A stretch of DNA of 64,000 nt from Terriglobia bacterium (GTDB lineage Bacteria; Acidobacteriota; Terriglobia; Terriglobales; Acidobacteriaceae): the NCBI GenBank assembly GCA_963761385.1, contig CAVXGY010000001.1:25813-89812 (forward strand), given 5' to 3'. The position numbers and the translations under genes are program-made. Numbering within the stretch: position 1 is the stretch's first letter; each line of letters opens with the position of its first letter. Below the pieces are notes generated by a model. That model saw nothing but the letters and a program-made list of their open reading frames with translations. It had not been told where the DNA came from and searched no databases. Positions 58,901-64,000 of the stretch are shown here, piece by piece.

Positions 58901-59091
58901 GGTTTCTCCAATCTGTCTCTTCCCGAGCACGGACTGTACTATCGGCTTACCCTTTTCAGGATGAGATGCTGCGTAGCTCCCGGACCGTGGCACCGGAAGT
59001 TCCTCCATGACAACCAGAAAATCCGCCTGCCAGATGTACTACAAACTGCCGAGCCTTTCGAAATCGGATGCGTCGGTAAAGTGACAAATCA

Positions 59092-59487
59092 TCACGCTGC
59101 GTCCGCTGAAGTGGACGGCAATTCAGCTACAAACAAATGTGTAATAGTGTCGATGAGAGTCGTTGCTTTTTCTGATTTGTCTATCAAGTCGTGTACCCCA
59201 GCCGCCAGGGCTGCGTTCCTGATGAGTGGATCCGCAAAGGTCGTGTACATCACAATGGGAACCGCAGGCATAAGTCGCGTGAGGACGCGACTCGCATCAA
59301 TGCCATTCATCACAGGCATGACAAGGTCAATTACGATTAGGTCGGGATGAAGTTTCTGGGCTTTGTCGATTCCGTCGGAGCCATTCTCCGCCTCTCCGCA
59401 AATCGTCCACTCAGGCTGCTTCACGAACATTGAGCGCAGGCTGCGCCGGATAAGAGGGCTGTCATCGACAATTAAGATGCGTTTCAC
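59092..59487 (-). CDS. stand-alone response-regulator receiver (CheY-like)
   Basis: MKRILIVDDSPLIRRSL, DLIVIDLVMPVMNG, PIVMYTT and LIDKS. 131 aa with no output domain. Confidence 0.9.
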   Translation of the reverse strand: MKRILIVDDSPLIRRSLRSMFVKQPEWTICGEAENGSDGIDKAQKLHPDLIVIDLVMPVMNGIDASRVLTRLMPAVPIVMYTTFADPLIRNAALAAGVHDLIDKSEKATTLIDTITHLFVAELPSTSADAA

Positions 59488-59607
59488 ATATGCCAGATTT
59501 GGGGTTGCACAATTCGCATTTTCATGTTCCCCACATGGCTCTTCAATCGGGTAAATACTGTACGCTAGCGCACCATTGATGTCTTTCCTCTGACAGAATC
59601 CGCGTTC

Positions 59608-59776
59608 TCACTCCCCAGCCACAGCGCTCAACACAAGGTCAATATTCTGCTGCATTTGTACGTTGGAGACTGAACAGGAGATCAGCTCAAAATCCCGCTC
59701 CGAATGGAATACAGCACACAAACCGCAGAGGGTCGGCCCCCACCACGGCTATGCGAATCAGCGGTGTCTTCCTCAC
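59608..59776 (-). pseudogene. degenerate N-terminal fragment of a second receiver domain
   Basis: GTG 59776 reads VRKTPLIRIAVVGADPLRFV, then a frame change gives GLCAVFHSERDFELISCSVSNVQMQQNIDLVLSAVAGE and a stop. The acidic pocket is degenerate (GAD instead of DD). Confidence 0.4.
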
Positions 59777-60311
59777 AACAGCTTTCCTCGCTTTGCGTCT
59801 GCGTGAGCATAGCTGCGTTTGTCTGAGAAGCCGAGATTACTGGATTAACCTCCGCCACCGTCGAGCCGCCGACTGGGAGCTAAAGCCTCTCCTACCGAAC
59901 CTGTTCGCCGACTGGTTCGCATTTAATTGCGCGAATATTTTGTCAAAAAGAAAGGTAAATGCTTCGTGGCTGTATAAAACGACACCAACTCTTTCTTTCC
60001 GCCGGCGATAAATGCCTTTTGTTCGCAAAGTTGGAATGGCCTATGAGAGGCCAACACCAAGCCAGATGGTTCGCCTCAATTGATCAACCGGCTTCGCGCA
60101 TTGATAAACTTTTACATCTCTGTGACACACCGCAGCAAGGTGAGTGTTATCGTCTTTGCTAAGCACCGCGACAGCCCCCGTCGACGGCGAGTACAGGTGT
60201 TCCATGTATCGCCTTCCTGCCACACCAGTATCGTTGGCAGCAGCGACTTTCCGACCCAGCGTTGAAACGCTGATACGGTCCGCGCCGAGCCTGAACTCTC
60301 CCAATCGATTC

Positions 60312-60755
60312 GTGTCGTCTCGCGTCTGCCTGCTTATCATATCGGTGGCGTTTGTTTGCTCAGCCTGCGGTGTTTGCCCTCCACCACCCTTCATCGCCTC
60401 TATTTCACCCAACAACGTAAACGCTGGCGGCAACCAGATGGTATTTACTGTCAAAGGCACTGACTTTCGTCCTGATTCGTCCGTGAGTTGGAACGGCTCC
60501 TTGCGCCCTGCGACGTTCGTTAGCAGTCACCAATTAAAGGTCACAATCACGGCGGGAGATATCACAAACCCTGGCATGGTCCCGGTGTTTGTGTTCAATC
60601 CGCCGGAGACAAGCACAACCTCTGTTTCGGGCGCTATAGGAATGGGCACCGTCGCTAACTGTAGCCGCAAGGATTCGAATATTGTTTCCGTGACGATACG
60701 CACCGACCTGGTCCTAGTACGACTCCCTTCGCCGCGAACTTCGCGGACGGACTGA
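60312..60755 (+). CDS. IPT/TIG-domain lipoprotein (hypothetical)
   Basis: The ORF track gives 60144..60755. The internal GTG gives MSSRVCLLIISVAFVCSACG (lipoprotein-like). Then PPFIASISPNNVNAGGNQMVFTVKGTDFRPDSSVSWNG...VFVFNP. Confidence 0.5.
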   Translation: MSSRVCLLIISVAFVCSACGVCPPPPFIASISPNNVNAGGNQMVFTVKGTDFRPDSSVSWNGSLRPATFVSSHQLKVTITAGDITNPGMVPVFVFNPPETSTTSVSGAIGMGTVANCSRKDSNIVSVTIRTDLVLVRLPSPRTSRTD

Positions 60756-61034
60756 ACGATATATGCGCTCCACACCATCCGGGAGGTTCGAGCCGAAATG
60801 AGCTTGAACCTGTTGGCAGGCATCAGGTGATGCACCGGCTGTGATATGCATCCCGAGCGAGAACCAAGATCTACTTGCCCCATACCGTATTCACGGTAGG
60901 ACAAATTCGGGGGTAGCCTTGCAAAAATTGCATCGGTGCGTTCTGCCCCCTACATAAAACACCATAACCCACCATTTCTCATTGGCCCGAGGCGTGCTCA
61001 TCGCTCTTAGTGATCATCTTACGATCGGACCAAA

Positions 61035-61793
61035 ATGACGCCGGCGATCACGAGTTCGTTTTTTAAAGTGGCGGGGTTGGCCGCAGTGCTCTGCGGCTCT
61101 GCCGTCGCGCAACAGTATTCAAGCACTGAGGAACCCTCACTGGCCGCTATCGTGCAGGGAATGGAAAAGTCCCAGTCCGAAGTTCGGGCACAGGGTGCAT
61201 ATCAAGTAATTAGAGAGTACCGATTGTCTGGGGCTAAGAGTTCCAACGCAAACGCAGAGGTCGTGGCACAAGTGGACTTCGTTCCACCCGCGAGCCAAAA
61301 TTACAACATTCAGAAATGGTCCGGCACTGGTCGAGGGAAGCAAGTTGTGGAACGGGTCTTGGATCACGAAGCAGAAGCAAGCGCAGCCATTCAGGCTCGA
61401 AGGGCACTCACGAGTGCTAATTACGATTTCACGCTGATCCGCGAGGCCATGTTCGAGAATCGACCTTGTTATCTCATGGGGCTGAAGCCGAAACGTAAAG
61501 ACAAGGACTTGATCCTGGGAACAGCGTGGGTGGATAAGAGCTCACTGCTGGTTCTCCACATCGAGGGCGAAACCGCAAAATCTCCTTCATGGTGGGTGAG
61601 ATCGGTTCAAATTAAGCTTTCTTTTGGCGATCTGTCAGGGACGTGGCTGCAAACCGGCATGGAGGCCGTTGCTGACGTGAGGCTTTTTGGGACTCATACC
61701 TTGACGTCGCGAATTCTGGATTATCGAGGCAGCGACGTCTCCGCTTCGACGAGACGCCCTCTGACAAGACGCCCTCCAAGTCTTATTCAATAG
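61035..61793 (+). CDS. secreted hypothetical protein (LolA/RseB-like fold is a guess)
   Basis: Signal FFKVAGLAAVLCGSAVAQQ. 252 aa, beta-rich, with CYLMGLKPKRKDKDLILGTAWVDKSSLLVLHIEG. Confidence 0.6.
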   Translation: MTPAITSSFFKVAGLAAVLCGSAVAQQYSSTEEPSLAAIVQGMEKSQSEVRAQGAYQVIREYRLSGAKSSNANAEVVAQVDFVPPASQNYNIQKWSGTGRGKQVVERVLDHEAEASAAIQARRALTSANYDFTLIREAMFENRPCYLMGLKPKRKDKDLILGTAWVDKSSLLVLHIEGETAKSPSWWVRSVQIKLSFGDLSGTWLQTGMEAVADVRLFGTHTLTSRILDYRGSDVSASTRRPLTRRPPSLIQ

Positions 61794-61967
61794 CGGTTGG
61801 TAATCCTGCAGGCGCAGCCCCATGTTGTGCTTTTTTTCCGTCTTGCTGGGACCTAGAAGCCGAGAGCTTCGGTCCATAAGCTGGAGCGAAGCGGCTTATA
61901 TAGTGTCGCCGCATGGAAGTGTTAAAGAGGAGCACCAACACCAACGATTTGAGAAACTCGGTCATAG

Positions 61968-62196
61968 TCACGAGCGATGTAGCAGCGAATGACATGCGGC
62001 GCACAGGGTGATGAGGTTTTCTTCGAAGTCATTCCCGCCCTGGCTGCGAAATTCCCTGTGATGAACTTCGAGATTCGATCGAGTGCCGCAAGATTGGCAC
62101 CTCCAGCCGTCGCGTCTCAGGACTTGCTGTCGCAGTTGGTCGTATTCCTCGGGATCAAGCCGTAGACGCGGCTTCTTTGGGTAGAATCGGATTCAC
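61968..62196 (-). CDS. HNH endonuclease domain ORF lacking an in-frame canonical start
   Basis: My translation: IRFYPKKPRLRLDPEEYDQLRQQVLRRDGWRCQSCGTRSNLEVHHREFRSQGGNDFEENLITLCAACHSLLHRS. It is not in the ORF track because it has no Met. GTG 62196 overlaps the upstream TGA but is in another frame. Confidence 0.7.
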
Positions 62197-62931
62197 GACG
62201 CCTTCTCGGTCACTTCGTGCAGAAATGCCTGCCGTTGGTCTCCGGGCAGGAATTTGAAGAACCGTGACATCGACTGCAGGAGTACGGTTGGGTCCTCATT
62301 CTCGAGGTTGGCTCCCGCCAGGAAGTCCGCACAGATCATCTCCAGACAGTAGCCTCGCGACTTGTCCGTGCCCAGCATCAAGGCTGCCGTCTCAATCGCC
62401 TGCTCGATCACCGGAATCTGGGTCTTGTAGAGCTTGAAGTAGATAATCTCCCACGGTTCCGATTCCCGCCCGGTTAGTTCCTTCTCCACTTCCTGCTTGA
62501 ACTGATCCTTTGGCATGCGACCGTGCCTTGTGCAACCAGGTTGCACAATCGAACTCCTGTCCATCCCTCCGCGCCACTTTCGCCAACTCCAGCCCCTTCG
62601 TCCATCCCACTTCCTTCAGTTCCTTCCTGGCCTGTGGCGGCAGGTGCTCATGGATGGACATCAGGTAGTACGCCTTCCGCCTCGACTCCGGAAACCGCCT
62701 CGTCAGAAACTCGTCGAACGACTTCAGTTTCTCCACCCGCCAGTACTGCCCTGCTCTGACCTCACACAGGTACCGTCCCAGTTCCACGAAGCGGGTGTCC
62801 CGCTCGGCCTCCGACCGTCGCTCCCAGGCCAGGATCTCGTCGATCTTGGTCAGCACGAACAGGGCCCGCTTCTGGTTGAGCTTGGGCGGCATGGGCGGTG
62901 TCTTAGTAATTAAGTTCGTCAAACAGACCAA
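62193..62931 (-). pseudogene. mobile-element-associated HTH-like protein split by a frame change near 62515
   Basis: ORF 62392..62931 reads ...FVELGRYLCEVRAGQYWRVEKLKSFDEFLTRRFPESRRKAYYLMSI...ATWLHKARS. ORF 62193..62564 continues with MPKDQFKQEVEKELTGRESEPWEIIYFKLYK in another frame. Confidence 0.6.
62527..62547. repeat. 21-bp perfect palindrome inside the split gene
   Basis: ttgtgcaacc a ggttgcacaa has 10-bp perfect arms and a 1-nt centre. It lies 10-20 nt upstream (gene sense) of the frame break. Confidence 0.6.
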
Positions 62932-63097
62932 AGTCTTCTGCTCCTGGGCGTCGTACCAGCGCCGCTTCGGTCAGGTCCGGTCGTCCCAGACAGAGTCCGA
63001 TGTAGGGACAGCTGGTGCAGGGGTTCTGGGGGAAGCGGATGCCACTGTGGGGCAGGAACTCGGCGGCTTCGATCCTGCGGATCGAGTCCTGGACCAC
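62903..63097 (-). pseudogene. C-terminal fragment of a PD-(D/E)XK (Cas4/RecB-like) nuclease
   Basis: 64 aa with FPQNPCTSCPYIGLC (a CxxCxxxxxC Fe-S cysteine cluster, typical of the C-terminus of Cas4/AddB-type nucleases). A stop codon lies immediately upstream and there is no room for the N-domain. Confidence 0.45.
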
Positions 63098-63200
63098 AAA
63101 TCAAGGGAGATCGATAGTCACGATGGAGGGCCACGACCGACACAAGTCTGATGGGAGCTTATGGAAGGACCGCTACTAAGAGTGCAATAAGGAGGGCGTC

Positions 63201-63911
63201 ATGAAAAACGATGATTCAAAAGTCAGTCCGCGACAGCAAAAACCGCAGGCTCAAGTTTCAGCCGTGGCTGACGGATGGTCTGGAAACAATAATGGACACA
63301 GGGCGAATGAACGGTCCAGAGTATGCAACGAAGGTAAAGCTGAAGTGAGTGGGAAACCGACCGTCTCACTTCGGAAGGTCGAGTCGAATCGCCGGAATTC
63401 CCAAAAGTCCACGGGACCAAAGACAGCGACGGGGAAGAAAAGAGTTTCGAGGAATGCTGTCCGGCACGGGTTCTTTTCGAAATTCCTTCTGATCCAGCAC
63501 AGGGATGGAAAGGAGAGCCAGAGCGAATTCGATGACTTCTATACTAGCGCTAACAAACACTATCAGCCGATCGGCTGGCTCGAAGAATTTTGGGTGGAAA
63601 AGACCGCCGTGTGGTCTTGGCGGCTTCGCCGGCTCATACGTTGTGAGAGCGGTCAAATTGCCAGAGCTCTTGCCGGGCATAGTTACGAGCTCCAACAATC
63701 AAGGGCAGACGATCTGGCAGAACCGGAGTCTGCGCCGTCGAGCAACCCGGAAATGGACGCCTTGACGGATCATCTCTTCTTGCCAGAGAAGGAAGAACTC
63801 GACAAACTGTTGCGGTATGAAGCTATGATCAATCGGCAACTCAACCATGCGATCACCGAGCTGGAACGGGTGCAGGCGCGCCGGAAGGGAGTAACGATTC
63901 GATCGATGTAA
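63201..63911 (+). CDS. hypothetical protein with basic disordered N-terminus and helical C-terminus
   Basis: 236 aa with ATG start. It contains NRRNSQKSTGPKTATGKKRVSRNAVRHGFFS and a helical tail LLRYEAMINRQLNHAITELERVQARRKG. Confidence 0.65.
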   Translation: MKNDDSKVSPRQQKPQAQVSAVADGWSGNNNGHRANERSRVCNEGKAEVSGKPTVSLRKVESNRRNSQKSTGPKTATGKKRVSRNAVRHGFFSKFLLIQHRDGKESQSEFDDFYTSANKHYQPIGWLEEFWVEKTAVWSWRLRRLIRCESGQIARALAGHSYELQQSRADDLAEPESAPSSNPEMDALTDHLFLPEKEELDKLLRYEAMINRQLNHAITELERVQARRKGVTIRSM

Positions 63912-64000
63912 TTGCGAAACAAAGCCACGAAGCTCTTTAGTTTCAACAGAGCGAGGAGCTTCGAGGTTCGAACAAAGCCAAATCTTCATCTCGATTCTGA

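Noticed and set aside
60041-60460. 139-aa minus-strand ORF overlapping the IPT/TIG lipoprotein gene start.
   Set aside because: It has no recognisable domain, and its upstream half overlaps a plus-strand ORF with a clear IPT/TIG signature. Only its last ~54 aa fall in otherwise unassigned DNA.
1-64000. Scan for CRISPR arrays, rRNA genes, tandem repeat arrays and intact prophage or defence islands.
   Set aside because: I saw no regularly spaced direct repeats, no rRNA-like conserved stretches and no intact integrase or transposase. Only the relics listed above were found.

Overview
GC-rich bacterial chromosomal segment. The gene content suggests an Acidobacteriota-like soil organism (inference only): two PadR + duplicated-FtsX orphan-permease pairs, a >1100-aa CarboxypepD_reg-type TonB-dependent receptor, CRTAC1/FG-GAP + TPR + multihaem cytochromes, and many Sec/TAT-exported glycosidases. 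Layout: (i) 1-11.7 kb holds a CRTAC1-type FG-GAP protein (runs off the left edge), a long TPR protein, one GH29 fucosidase and three tandem multihaem c-type cytochromes. (ii) 11.7-29.1 kb is a fucoside/6-deoxyhexose utilisation region. It has four more GH29 alpha-L-fucosidases (five in the window), two RhaM-type mutarotases, a RhaT-type symporter, LacI and GntR regulators, a ThuA-like protein, a UxaA-family sugar-acid dehydratase, an SDR and an embedded c-type cytochrome. (iii) 29.2-29.5 kb holds an IS110-transposase relic next to a tRNA 3' fragment. (iv) 29.7-47.7 kb is a mannoside-type locus: ROK kinase, MFS sugar porter, PMI-like cupin, two GH38-like hydrolases, a giant TonB-dependent receptor, an ECF sigma/anti-sigma pair, a TPR protein and an internally deleted carboxylesterase. 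(v) 48-54.4 kb holds two tandem PadR-ADOP permease modules. (vi) 54.4-64 kb is a decayed accessory stretch with a split SgcJ-like gene, acyltransferase, STAS + response regulator, a receiver-domain relic, an IPT/TIG lipoprotein and a mobile-element graveyard (HNH, nuclease fragment, split HTH-like protein). I saw no rRNA, no intact tRNA and no CRISPR array. The most notable points are the density of GH29 paralogues wired to a probable non-phosphorylative sugar-acid route with a cytochrome c inside the operon, the cytochrome triad with permuted TPR fusions, a short repeat family, and an unusually high number of genes split by frame changes. I did not find one clearly novel system. The candidates above are leads built from family recognition in the translations, and no searches were run.
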